Part shown: positions 29,357 to 39,046 of the stretch, in pieces | Numbering within the stretch: position 1 is the stretch's first letter | How the letters are laid out: each line of letters opens with the position of its first letter | Origin: Salinivirgaceae bacterium | GTDB taxonomy: Bacteria > Bacteroidota > Bacteroidia > Bacteroidales > SZUA-534 | NCBI GenBank assembly: GCA_041664345.1 | Contig: JBAYKX010000012.1 | Span: 4,781 to 68,780, forward strand | Direction of reading: 5' to 3' | DNA length: 64,000 nucleotides | Translations under genes and position numbers: made by a program | The notes under the pieces: model-generated | Databases searched by the model: none | What the model saw: only the letters and a program-made list of their open reading frames with translations | What the model was told of the DNA's origin: nothing

Positions 29357-30241
29357 TTATAGCATAAATATATTTTTGCTGGAATGTTCTGCCTGATACT
29401 CGGAAGGGGTGCGGCGGACAATTTTTTTAAACTGCTCGTTAAAGTGGGAAATATTATTGAAGCCGCTTTCGTAGCAAGCCCGCGAGATGGAAGTGTTTTT
29501 TTCCGACAATAATTTACAGGCATGGCCCACCTTAAATTCATTTAAAAAAGAAAAGAAGGTTTTACCGGTGCGTTTTTTAAAATACCGGCAAAAAGCCGTG
29601 GACGACATGCTTACATGGTCCGAAATTTCATCAAGCGTAATTTGGTTCTGGAAATTGCGGATGATGTATTCGTGCACCTTGTTGAACCGTTGAAAGTCGT
29701 AAGTATTCACAATTTTGGAATACCCAACACTGGTAAGTATCTTCAATTCAGTGTTGGAGGCCATACGGTCCAACAATAAAATCAATTCGGTGATGCGCTC
29801 AATGCCCGAAAGTTTAAAAATCTTGCGGATGTGTTTTCCAAATTCCACTCTTGCTTTGCCTGTAAATTGAATTCCCCGTTGCGAGCGTTCCAGCAAATCT
29901 TTAATTTGCAGCATCTCGGGTAAGTTGATAAAATTCGAGTTGAAAATTTCTTTTCGGAACTGGATCACCAGCGATTTGGTGTTCATGCTGTTTGCATTTT
30001 CAAGAAAAATAGGATCGCTTTTCCACCAGTGCGGCACATTCTCGCCAATAATACACAAATCGCCCTCGCCAAAATTATTAACGCTGTCGCCAATATACCG
30101 TGTGCCGGTACTTTTTACCACATACAGGATTTCAATTTCGGGGTGGAAGTGCCACGGTACCATAAAATGGGGAATCTCTTCGTCAAGGAAAATGATGGAT
30201 TCCTCCGGTAAGGGTGCTAGTTTTTGAAAAAAGGGCTTCAT
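29357..30241 (-). CDS. AraC-family transcriptional regulator (cupin sensor plus HTH), divergent from the iol operon
   Basis: N-terminal cupin-like HFHPEIEILYV. C-terminal AraC double HTH (ITLDEISDHVSMSSTAFCRYFKKRTGKTF...ISRACYESGFNNISHFNEQFKK). Confidence 0.85.
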   Translation of the reverse strand: MKPFFQKLAPLPEESIIFLDEEIPHFMVPWHFHPEIEILYVVKSTGTRYIGDSVNNFGEGDLCIIGENVPHWWKSDPIFLENANSMNTKSLVIQFRKEIFNSNFINLPEMLQIKDLLERSQRGIQFTGKARVEFGKHIRKIFKLSGIERITELILLLDRMASNTELKILTSVGYSKIVNTYDFQRFNKVHEYIIRNFQNQITLDEISDHVSMSSTAFCRYFKKRTGKTFFSFLNEFKVGHACKLLSEKNTSISRACYESGFNNISHFNEQFKKIVRRTPSEYQAEHSSKNIFML

Positions 30242-30407
30242 ATAAGTCCGACTTTATTTGTGGGTGTAATTTAGCGATATTTTATTTAGAAAACAGAAAA
30301 AGGATAATATTCCATCATAAGTTGATAAAAACAGGGTTCATTGTCGCGTTACTGTGCCTAATTTTAACTTACTATTTTAGTAATAATAAAACACGCTCAA
30401 CTCAACT

Positions 30408-31331
30408 ATGCAATTACCAATAAACCATCTTTTTAAGCAGGCGTACGGGCATTACGGAATTGCGGCCTTCAACGTGTTTAACGCAGAACAGGTTTGGGCG
30501 GTTTTTGGCGGTGCTTCAAAATGCAAATTGCCTGTAATTATTCAAATAACACCGGCCGCCCGGAATTACCTGTCTTCAGAATTACTGATCCATTGCATCA
30601 AAGCGGCTGAAACCCGGTTTCCTGGGGTTGATTATTCCATTCACATGGATCACGGAAGCTTGGAACATTGCTATAATGCCATCCATTCGGGGCATTACAA
30701 TTCGGTAATGATTGACGCCTCGCACGAAACATTTTCCGAAAACGTAAGGATAACTCACGAAGTGGTAGCCCTGGCCCATCAAAAAGGGATTGCCGTTGAA
30801 GCAGAACTGGGAGTTTTGAGCGGAGTTGAAGATCACTTAACCATTGATTCCGGAAGTGCCCGTTTTACCGATCCGGCACAAGCCAAAGAATTTGTGAAAC
30901 TAACCCAATGCGATAGCCTAGCCATTGCCGTTGGAACCAGCCATGGAGCATACAAATTCAGTGGCACCCAAGGGTTGCAACTGGAAATACTCACAAAAAT
31001 CCATCAGCAATTGCCGGGTTTTCCTTTGGTGCTGCATGGCGCCTCGGCGGTTCCTTTTGCTGAAATAGAACGGATTAATAAAGCGGGAGGCCAGATCAAG
31101 GAAAGTGCCAAAGGGATTCAAAAAACAGAATTGCTGCAAGCCATCAAATTGGGTGTGTGCAAAATAAATATTGCCACCGACATTCGGTTGCTTTGGACCC
31201 GCGTGCATCGCGAATTCTTTTTGGAAACCCCGGAACTATTCGACATGGTGGTTCCCGGAAAAAAATTCATGGCTGAATTGGAAACTTTTGTGGTTGAAAA
31301 ATGCACCGGACTTATCATCAATGAACGTTAA
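30408..31331 (+). CDS. iolJ: class II aldolase, probable 6-phospho-5-dehydro-2-deoxy-D-gluconate aldolase
   Basis: Class II FBA/tagatose-bisphosphate aldolase motifs (IHMDHG, GTSHGAYK, LVLHGAS). Assigned to IolJ from its position in the iol operon. Confidence 0.75.
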   Translation: MQLPINHLFKQAYGHYGIAAFNVFNAEQVWAVFGGASKCKLPVIIQITPAARNYLSSELLIHCIKAAETRFPGVDYSIHMDHGSLEHCYNAIHSGHYNSVMIDASHETFSENVRITHEVVALAHQKGIAVEAELGVLSGVEDHLTIDSGSARFTDPAQAKEFVKLTQCDSLAIAVGTSHGAYKFSGTQGLQLEILTKIHQQLPGFPLVLHGASAVPFAEIERINKAGGQIKESAKGIQKTELLQAIKLGVCKINIATDIRLLWTRVHREFFLETPELFDMVVPGKKFMAELETFVVEKCTGLIINER

Positions 31332-31345
31332 TACATAATAATTAT

Positions 31346-32230
31346 ATGAATGCAAAAAAAAGCAATCTGCTGGTAAAATCTATCAATAACCCGATATATC
31401 AAAGACTCACTAATGAGCAGGCCGATTGGAAATTCCTGAATTTTCAGGCCCGCCACATGAACAAAGGCGAGACGCTTTGTGGTGATACCGGCGCCCATGA
31501 ATATTTATTTGTGCTGCTGGGAGGGAACTTTACTGCTTATACTTCGTACGGAAATTGGGAAACCAAAAATGGACGAAAGGATGTTTTCAGTGGATTGCCC
31601 CACGCTCTGTATTTGCCTCCTCACACACCCTACACCCTAAAAGCGGAAAGCGATCAGCTCGATTTGGCTTACGGATGGTGCCCGGCCAACGAAAAACACA
31701 ATGCCCGGTTTATAACTCCCGAAAGTGTCCAAAATTTGGGCATTGAATTCCGTGGTGGCGACAATGCAAGCCGCCAGATTAACAGCATCCTTCCTCCGGG
31801 TTCCGATTGCCAGCGTTTGGTTTGTGTGGAAGTTTATACCCCTTCAGGAAACTGGAGTTCGTTCCCTGCCCACAAACACGACAACCGGGTGGTAAATGCT
31901 GAATCCGGAAAGGTGACTGAAGCAAGCCTTGAAGAAGTTTACTTCTATAAGATTGACAAACCTCAAGGATTTGCCATACAAAAGATTTATACCGATGATA
32001 AAAGCATTAACGAATTGGTTGAAGTTGCCAACAACGATTTGGTGATGGTGCCCCGCGGGTATCATCCGGTGGTGGCCGGGCACGGGTACAATGTGTATTA
32101 CCTGAACTTCCTTGCCGGAAGCGATCAATCGTTGGCAAATACCGACGACCCCAAACATAAATGGATACACGGAACATGGAAAGGCATGGATCCGCGGTTG
32201 CCTATTGTTACGCTTGATATGAATAATTGA
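31346..32230 (+). CDS. iolB: 5-deoxy-glucuronate isomerase
   Basis: KduI/IolB-type double cupin (FPAHKHD...EEVYFYK...GYHPVVAGHGY). Operon context. Confidence 0.8.
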   Translation: MNAKKSNLLVKSINNPIYQRLTNEQADWKFLNFQARHMNKGETLCGDTGAHEYLFVLLGGNFTAYTSYGNWETKNGRKDVFSGLPHALYLPPHTPYTLKAESDQLDLAYGWCPANEKHNARFITPESVQNLGIEFRGGDNASRQINSILPPGSDCQRLVCVEVYTPSGNWSSFPAHKHDNRVVNAESGKVTEASLEEVYFYKIDKPQGFAIQKIYTDDKSINELVEVANNDLVMVPRGYHPVVAGHGYNVYYLNFLAGSDQSLANTDDPKHKWIHGTWKGMDPRLPIVTLDMNN

Positions 32231-32411
32231 TCTTTCGGGCTTATCTGCAATCGCAATAGATTGGTAGATTTTTAGACACAAGATATGAGACATGAGATGT
32301 GAGACAAAATATATCTTATTGGAAATCATCACATAATCTGTTTGTCAATACTTTTTACATACAACAGATTATTATTTTTTATGAAAATATAACGAACTAG
32401 TGCAATTTAAA

Positions 32412-33422
32412 ATGGAAAAAAAATACGATGTAATCACCTATGGAAGATCTTCCATTGATTTATACTCCGCAAATATTGGTGCCCCTTTTGTTGATATAAA
32501 ATCATTCAATGCTTATGTTGGAGGATCGCCACTGAATATGGCTGTTGGAACCCGCCGGTTGGGGTTAAAATCGGCCCTTTTAACAGCCGTTGGCGATGAC
32601 CAGATTGCCAATTTTCTGCTCAATTTTTTAAATAACGAAGGGGTAGAAACAAACCTAATTCCACGGAAACCGGGTAGTCGCACCAGTGCAGTGGTGCTGG
32701 GGATTGAACCTCCCGATAATTTTCCACTGGTTTATTACCGCGACAACTGTGCCGATTCAAAAGTTAACATCGACGATGTAATTCATGCCGACATTGCCTC
32801 CACTCGACTTTTCGAGATTTCGGCCACGGCATTGAATGTGGAGCCTACCCGCTCGGCTGCTTTTTATGCTGCCGAAGTTGCCGTTCAAAACAAGATCCCC
32901 ATTTTAATTGATTTGGATTTCAGGGCCGACCAATGGCACGATGCCCGTTCGTTTGGGGTTACCGCTCGCGCGTACCTAAAATACAGCACGCTGGCCCTGG
33001 GTACCGAAGAGGAGATACTGGCTACCATGCTCAAAGACCCAAACCAGATTAAGATTACAAATCAACAAATTTCGGCGCCTGAAATCCGTGGAAACGTGAA
33101 CGAAGCCATTAGTGGTATTATGGAACTTGGGGTGGAGGCGTTGATTGTAAAACGCGGAGCCAAAGGTTCGTCGGTATTTTTAAAGGACGGCAGCGTGATT
33201 GATGTCCCGGGTTTTCCGGTTGAAGTTTTGAATGTGCTTGGCGCCGGCGATGCCTTTGCCAGTGGTTTTATGTATGGTTACCTCAATGGTTGGGTTTGGT
33301 ACAAATGCTGCCGCATGGGCAATGCCTGTGGGGCAATTTTAGTTACCAATCCGGGTTGTTCCAATTTTAACCCCACGCTGCAAGAAGTTTTGGCTTTTAT
33401 TGAAAGTAAAGGAGGATTTTAA
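32412..33422 (+). CDS. iolC: 5-dehydro-2-deoxygluconokinase (PfkB family)
   Basis: PfkB motifs (GGSPLNMAVG and VLGAGDAFASGF). ATG at 32412. Operon context. Confidence 0.8.
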   Translation: MEKKYDVITYGRSSIDLYSANIGAPFVDIKSFNAYVGGSPLNMAVGTRRLGLKSALLTAVGDDQIANFLLNFLNNEGVETNLIPRKPGSRTSAVVLGIEPPDNFPLVYYRDNCADSKVNIDDVIHADIASTRLFEISATALNVEPTRSAAFYAAEVAVQNKIPILIDLDFRADQWHDARSFGVTARAYLKYSTLALGTEEEILATMLKDPNQIKITNQQISAPEIRGNVNEAISGIMELGVEALIVKRGAKGSSVFLKDGSVIDVPGFPVEVLNVLGAGDAFASGFMYGYLNGWVWYKCCRMGNACGAILVTNPGCSNFNPTLQEVLAFIESKGGF

Positions 33423-33435
33423 TAACCGGAATTGT

Positions 33436-35298
33436 ATGGAAAAAACAATTAAAATTACCGTGGCTCAAGCGGTTATCAGCTATCTTAAAAACCAATATGT
33501 GGAAAGCGATGGCGTTGAACATCGGTTTTTTGCCGGTTGTTTGGGCATATTTGGACATGGAAATATAGCAGGAATTGGTCAGGCATTGAGCCAAAACCCC
33601 GATTTTAAGTACATTATGACCCGCAACGAGCAAGCATCGGTGCATATTGCCATTGCTTATGCCAAGATGAAAGACCGCATGGGAACTTTTGTTTGTACCT
33701 CTTCCATTGGCCCCGGTGCAACCAACATGGTAACTGGAGCTGCCTGTGCTACCATAAACCGGCTGCCTGTGCTGCTCATTCCCGGCGATATTTTTTCCAC
33801 CCGTCAGGTTGCCCCGGTATTGCAGCAATTGGAATCATCGCAAACGCAAGATATTTCAGTAAATGATTGCTTTAAACCGGTATCGAAATACTGGGACCGC
33901 ATTAACCGCCCTGAACAGTTGATTATGGCATTGCCAGAAGTGATGCGGGTATTGACTTCGCCATCGGAAACCGGTGCGGTAACTTTATGCTTGCCACAAG
34001 ATGTTCAAGCCGAAGCTTATAACTTTCCGGAGGCTATGTTCAACAAGAGAGTGTGGCGCATTGCCCGCCCAAGGCCAGATTTATCGGCCTTAAAAGAAGC
34101 TGCAGCCTTGATTAAAAAAGCACAACACCCAGTTATTGTGAGTGGTGGCGGTGTTATTTACAGTCAAGCCACCGATTCATTGAAAGCGTTTGCTGAAAAA
34201 ACTGGAATCCCGGTAACGGAAACATTTGCCGGAAAAGGCGTGCTGACGTACCATCACCGGCTAAACCTTGGTGCTGTGGGTGCTACCGGAACCCCCGGTG
34301 CCAACGAAATTACAGCCAAAGCCGATGTGGTAATTGGGATTGGCACTCGCTACAGCGATTTTACCACCGCTTCAAAAACAGCATTCCAAAATCCCAATGT
34401 GCGTTTTATAAACATAAACATTTCGGAGTTCTATGCTTACAAACAACACGGAATATCGCTTACCGGCGATGCAAAAACCTGTATTGACGAGCTTTCCGAA
34501 TTACTGAACGGATACACCACTTCAAAAGATTACCAACAGCATATTGAAACCTTGAACCAATCGTGGGATGAGTATGTGACCAGCGTGTATACCAGTCATC
34601 AATCTGACTCTATTTCGCAAGCTGAGATTATTGGTGCGGTAAATGAAATTGCCAACCCGAACGATGTTGTGTTGTGCGCTGCCGGTAGCCTTCCGGGCGA
34701 TTTACATAAATTGTGGAGGGCAACACATCCCAAATCGTTCCATTTGGAATATGGCTATTCAACCATGGGCTATGAATGCGCTGCCGGAATTGGTGCCAAA
34801 CTGGCCAACCCCGAACGCGAAATTTGGGTAATGGTGGGCGATGGCAACTACCTAATGATGAACAGCGACATTATTACGGCCATTCAGGAAGGAGTAAAAT
34901 ATAACATTGTGTTAATCAACAACAATGGGTTCGGGAGCATCGGAAACCTTTCGCAGACAATTGGTTCACAACGGTTTGGAACCAAATACCGCTATCGCGA
35001 TACAGCTACCGGGCAATTAACGGGTGAAATATTGCCTGTAAACCTTGCTGAAAATGCTAGAAGCCTGGGTGCCGAAGTTATTGAAGCAAAGGACTTGCCC
35101 TCGTTGAAAAAGGCATTGGTACAAGTTAAGAATAATGAACGCACCACCGTGGTAGTGGTTGAAACCGAACTAACCAAAGGCATTCCCGGATATGCTTGGT
35201 GGGAAGTTGCCATAGCGGAAGTTTCGCAGGAAGAATCGGTAAACGAGGCCTACAAACAGTACGTTGAACATAAAAAAGGGCAAAAATATTATTGGTAA
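33436..35298 (+). CDS. iolD: 3D-(3,5/4)-trihydroxycyclohexane-1,2-dione acylhydrolase (TPP-dependent)
   Basis: TPP enzyme architecture with the GDGNYLMMNSD...NNNGFGSI TPP-binding motif. About 620 aa. Operon context. Confidence 0.85.
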   Translation: MEKTIKITVAQAVISYLKNQYVESDGVEHRFFAGCLGIFGHGNIAGIGQALSQNPDFKYIMTRNEQASVHIAIAYAKMKDRMGTFVCTSSIGPGATNMVTGAACATINRLPVLLIPGDIFSTRQVAPVLQQLESSQTQDISVNDCFKPVSKYWDRINRPEQLIMALPEVMRVLTSPSETGAVTLCLPQDVQAEAYNFPEAMFNKRVWRIARPRPDLSALKEAAALIKKAQHPVIVSGGGVIYSQATDSLKAFAEKTGIPVTETFAGKGVLTYHHRLNLGAVGATGTPGANEITAKADVVIGIGTRYSDFTTASKTAFQNPNVRFININISEFYAYKQHGISLTGDAKTCIDELSELLNGYTTSKDYQQHIETLNQSWDEYVTSVYTSHQSDSISQAEIIGAVNEIANPNDVVLCAAGSLPGDLHKLWRATHPKSFHLEYGYSTMGYECAAGIGAKLANPEREIWVMVGDGNYLMMNSDIITAIQEGVKYNIVLINNNGFGSIGNLSQTIGSQRFGTKYRYRDTATGQLTGEILPVNLAENARSLGAEVIEAKDLPSLKKALVQVKNNERTTVVVVETELTKGIPGYAWWEVAIAEVSQEESVNEAYKQYVEHKKGQKYYW

Positions 35299-35318
35299 AG
35301 ATTTAAACAACAAAAGAA

Positions 35319-36788
35319 ATGGAACTATTAAAGAATTATATTGATGGAAATTGGGTTGAAAGCAAGAGTACAGCTAACTTTGGGGTAGAAAATCCGGCCA
35401 CGGGGCAAATTATGTACAAAGTACCTGCCGGCTGTCGCGAAGATGTGAACTTTGCCTCTGAAAAAGCGAAACAAGCCTTTCCCGCATGGCGGAATACTCC
35501 CGCTACACAACGCATCCAATACCTTTTCAAAATGAAACAGGTACTTGAGGCCAACGCCGATGAAATTGCAACCCTTTGTACCCACGAGAGCGGAAAAACC
35601 TTTGCCGAATCGAAAGCTGAAATTGTGCGGGCCGTTGAAAACATTGAGGTTGCCTGTGGCATTCCGGTATTGATGCAAAGCGAATTTTCAGAAGATATTG
35701 CCGTAGGTATTGATGAATACATGATAAGGCAACCCCTTGGACTGGGCGCCTGCATTACCCCTTTCAATTTTCCGGTAATGATTGCATTTTGGTTTATGCC
35801 CTATGCTTTGGCCAGCGGCAACACCTACATTGTGAAACCTTCGGAAAAAGTACCCAAAACCATGGCGAAAATATTCGAGTTTTTCGAAGCCCTGAACCTG
35901 CCCAAAGGGGTGCTCAACATGGTTCATGGAGGCAAAGAAACCGTGGATGCCATATTGGAACATCCGTATATCGATGCCATTAGTTTTGTGGGTTCCACGG
36001 CGGTAGCCAAACATGTGTATCAATACGGAACCGCTCATGGCAAAAGGGTTCAGGCGCAAGGCGGGGCCAAAAACCCCATTATAATTATGCCAGATGCCAA
36101 TATGGAAACGGCGGTTAAAATTGTTGCCGACAGCGCATTCGGTTGTGCCGGACAACGGTGTTTGGCTGCTTCCATTGTAATTACGGTAGGGAGTGCCAAA
36201 GAGGCTTTTGTTTCAAAAATGGTGGAAGCCGCCAAATTGAAAACTACCGGAAACGGTTTGAGCAAAACAACAGAAATGGGCCCGGTAATTACCTCCGAAA
36301 GCAAAACCCGTATTGAATCGTTTATCCAAAAAGGTGTTGATGAAGGCTGTAGCCTTTTGTTGGATGGACGAAATGCACAAGTTGAAGGGCTTGAAAAAGG
36401 TCATTTCATTAAACCAACCATTTTAAGCGACATTAAGCCCGAAAGCGAAACCTTTTCCACCGAAATATTTGGCCCGGTGTTGAGCATCATGCACGCCGAC
36501 AACCTCGATGAAGCCATTGGCATTGTCAATAGAGGCCGGTATGGAAATGCCGCGTGCATCTTTACCCAAAGCGGTTCAGCCGCCCGCAAATTCCGCCACG
36601 AGGCCATTGCCGGAAATATTGGCGTAAATATTGGCATTGCAGCACCCATGGCCTTTTTCCCTTTCAGTGGCTGGAAAGAAAGTTTCTTTGGCGATTTGCA
36701 CGGGCAATCGCGACATGCGGTGGAGTTCTACACTCAAACCAAAGTGGTTATTGAGCGTTGGCACGATGAATGGAGTCGAAAATTTTAA
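35319..36788 (+). CDS. iolA: CoA-acylating methylmalonate/malonate-semialdehyde dehydrogenase
   Basis: ALDH family with catalytic [10 protein letters not shown] Cys and the ...ERW... tail typical of MmsA/IolA. Confidence 0.85.
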   Translation: MELLKNYIDGNWVESKSTANFGVENPATGQIMYKVPAGCREDVNFASEKAKQAFPAWRNTPATQRIQYLFKMKQVLEANADEIATLCTHESGKTFAESKAEIVRAVENIEVACGIPVLMQSEFSEDIAVGIDEYMIRQPLGLGACITPFNFPVMIAFWFMPYALASGNTYIVKPSEKVPKTMAKIFEFFEALNLPKGVLNMVHGGKETVDAILEHPYIDAISFVGSTAVAKHVYQYGTAHGKRVQAQGGAKNPIIIMPDANMETAVKIVADSAFGCAGQRCLAASIVITVGSAKEAFVSKMVEAAKLKTTGNGLSKTTEMGPVITSESKTRIESFIQKGVDEGCSLLLDGRNAQVEGLEKGHFIKPTILSDIKPESETFSTEIFGPVLSIMHADNLDEAIGIVNRGRYGNAACIFTQSGSAARKFRHEAIAGNIGVNIGIAAPMAFFPFSGWKESFFGDLHGQSRHAVEFYTQTKVVIERWHDEWSRKF

Positions 36789-36800
36789 CCTTTTTATGAT

Positions 36801-37700
36801 ATGATAAAAATAGCAAATGCCCCATGCTCGTGGGGCATACTGGAATTTGACCTCCAGGGTGAGGCCGCCGGATTTGAACAGGTTTTGAACGAGATGAAGG
36901 AAACCGGATACGAAGGGACTGAACTTGGCGACTGGGGCTTTATGCCTACCAACCCAAATGAGTTAAAAAAAGAACTTCAAAAGCGCAATTTCCAACTTTT
37001 AGGGGCTTTTGTTCCGGTGTTTTTAAAAGACAAATCGAAACACCAAGCCGGGGTAGAATTGGCAGTAAAAACGGCAAAACTTATGGCTGATGCCGGGTTT
37101 AAAGATGCCTTTATTGTGTTAGCCGACGAAAACGGCAGCATGCCTGCCCGCACCAAAAATGCCGGACGGGTAACTCAAGCCATGAAATTAACCCATGAGG
37201 AATGGAACGTTTTTGCCGAAGGCGCCAACCAAGTAGCTGCCGAGGTAAAAAAACAAACCGGGTTGCGTACCGTGTTTCATCACCATTGCGCCGGTTACGT
37301 AGAGACTCCCGACGAAATTGATATGTTGCTCAACCTAACCGACCCAAAACTTTTAGGGTTGGTACTCGATATGGGGCATTACTATTTTGGTGGAGGAAAC
37401 CCTTTGGAGGCACTGAAAAAATACAATCAGCGTATTTGGCATGTCCACTTTAAAGATTGCGACCCGACCATTGCCATAAATTCGCGAAAAAAAGAACTGG
37501 ATTACTTCCAATCGGTGCGCGATGGGGTTTTTTGTGAGCTTGGCAAAGGTGCTGTCGATTTTAAAGCCATTGTTCAGGAATTGCATCAGCAAAAATACAA
37601 TGGCTGGATAGTGGTTGAGCAAGATGTGCTTCCCGGAATGGGCAACCCAAAAGTTTGTGCCCAACGCAACAGAGATTATATTAAATCATTAGGACTATAG
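36801..37700 (+). CDS. iolE: inosose (2-keto-myo-inositol) dehydratase, xylose-isomerase-like TIM barrel
   Basis: By-eye alignment to B. subtilis IolE recalled from memory: FHHHCAGYVETPDEIDMLLNLTDPKLLGLVLDMGH vs [42 protein letters not shown] vs HVHFKDV; YNGWIVVEQD vs YKGWIVVEAEQD. Confidence 0.75.
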   Translation: MIKIANAPCSWGILEFDLQGEAAGFEQVLNEMKETGYEGTELGDWGFMPTNPNELKKELQKRNFQLLGAFVPVFLKDKSKHQAGVELAVKTAKLMADAGFKDAFIVLADENGSMPARTKNAGRVTQAMKLTHEEWNVFAEGANQVAAEVKKQTGLRTVFHHHCAGYVETPDEIDMLLNLTDPKLLGLVLDMGHYYFGGGNPLEALKKYNQRIWHVHFKDCDPTIAINSRKKELDYFQSVRDGVFCELGKGAVDFKAIVQELHQQKYNGWIVVEQDVLPGMGNPKVCAQRNRDYIKSLGL

Positions 37701-38008
37701 ACATGAGATTAGAGATTAGAAGTTGAAAATTAGTAGCAGGAATACCGAAGTTGGAAAAGCCCCAAAGGGGCGTAAGAACAAAACCCGGGGCAACGCCCCG
37801 GGTTAATAGGAAAACGACCAAAGCGGTGCATCCAACCATGTTTCAATGGAATGGTAACGCTACATGCATCGCAAAATAGATAAAGCAATTGGAAATAGGA
37901 AGATGGGAGACCGAAGTCAGAAGTCCGTTACCAGCAACCAGTCCCGATAGCTATCGGGAAGAAATCAGTTACCAGAAACAAATCATTACTTAACTAAAAA
38001 TAAAGACA

Positions 38009-39028
38009 ATGAAAAAAATAAAAATTGGAGTTATAGGAGCAGGAAGAATCGGTAAAGTTCATGTTGCCGCCCTGGCACAAGGAGTTCCTGCTGCCGAGGT
38101 ATTGGTAATTGCCGATACCGATATTAAAAGTGCTCAGCAATTAGCCGAAAAATACGGTATTGCCGAATGGACCACCGATTACAAAAAAGTAATCCACAAT
38201 CCAAAGGTGGAAGCTATTATTATTTGCTCGCCTACCGATACCCATGCCAAATACATTATTGAAGCTGCCCAGGCAGGCAAGCACATTTTCTGCGAAAAAC
38301 CGATTGATTTGTCTATCCCCGTGATTCAATCGGCACTTGAGGCCGTAAAAAAGGCAGGGGTAAAATTCATGGTTGGGTTCAACCGCCGGTTCGACCCAAA
38401 TTTCCAGAAAGTGAAACAAATGGTTGTGGAAGGTAAAATAGGTGAAACGCATCTACTAAAAATTACCTCAAGAGACCCGGCACCACCACCCGCAGAATAC
38501 AGTGCTGTTTCCGGTGGAATGTTTTTGGACATGACCATTCACGATTTTGACATGGCCCGGTATATTATAGGCAGCGAAGTGTTGGAAGTTTATACCAAAG
38601 CCGCTGTATTGGTTGACCCGGAAATTGGGAAAGCCGGCGACGTAGATACCGCCATTATTACCCTCACTTTTGCAAACGGAGCACTAGGAGTAATTGATAA
38701 CAGCCGGAAGGCCGTATATGGTTACGATCAACGGTTAGAGGTTTTTGGAACCAAAGGAATGGTGAATGTTGACAACAATTTCCCTGAAAACCACAAATAC
38801 TATTCAAGCCACGGAATTTCAGGTTCGTTGCCCCTAAACTTTTTTATGGACAGATACACTCAATCGTATGCCAATGAAATTATTGCTTTTTGCGATTCGC
38901 TGAACAAAAAGGTTGACTCCATTGTATCGGGTGATGACGGTTTAAAGTCAGTAGCCATAGCCATGGCCGCAAAAAAATCGCATATTGAAAAACGGCCCGT
39001 AAAATTGGACGAAATATATAAATCCTGA
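38009..39028 (+). CDS. iolG: myo-inositol 2-dehydrogenase (Gfo/Idh/MocA family)
   Basis: MKKIKIGVIGAGRIGKVH Rossmann start, EKP motif (FCEKPI), GFNRRFDP. Context. Confidence 0.8.
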   Translation: MKKIKIGVIGAGRIGKVHVAALAQGVPAAEVLVIADTDIKSAQQLAEKYGIAEWTTDYKKVIHNPKVEAIIICSPTDTHAKYIIEAAQAGKHIFCEKPIDLSIPVIQSALEAVKKAGVKFMVGFNRRFDPNFQKVKQMVVEGKIGETHLLKITSRDPAPPPAEYSAVSGGMFLDMTIHDFDMARYIIGSEVLEVYTKAAVLVDPEIGKAGDVDTAIITLTFANGALGVIDNSRKAVYGYDQRLEVFGTKGMVNVDNNFPENHKYYSSHGISGSLPLNFFMDRYTQSYANEIIAFCDSLNKKVDSIVSGDDGLKSVAIAMAAKKSHIEKRPVKLDEIYKS

Positions 39029-39046
39029 TTTTTAAACAAACACTAG

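Noticed and set aside
30408-31331. Class II aldolase as the glycolytic fructose-bisphosphate aldolase (fba)
   Set aside because: Sequence alone cannot separate Fba from IolJ/tagatose-bisphosphate aldolases. Placement as first gene of a complete iol operon favours IolJ. Kept at moderate confidence.
31844-32332. 162-aa minus-strand ORF overlapping the iolB 3' half and the iolB-iolC spacer
   Set aside because: Mostly antisense to iolB. No motif. Would be the only minus-strand gene in a 34-kb + strand block.
33397-33828. 143-aa minus-strand ORF across the iolC/iolD junction
   Set aside because: Antisense to two supported genes. Gly/His-rich shadow translation.
35328-36764. Minus-strand ORFs of 82-155 aa overlapping iolA (e.g. 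35688..36155, 35336..35767)
   Set aside because: Antisense to a well-supported aldehyde dehydrogenase gene. Low-complexity, Gly/Arg/His-rich translations.
32289-37709. Shared 10-mer gacatgagat at 32289-32298 and 37700-37709 in the two long iol spacers
   Set aside because: A 10-nt match is expected by chance in 64 kb. Noted only as stylistic similarity (stuttering words), not as evidence of a repeat family.
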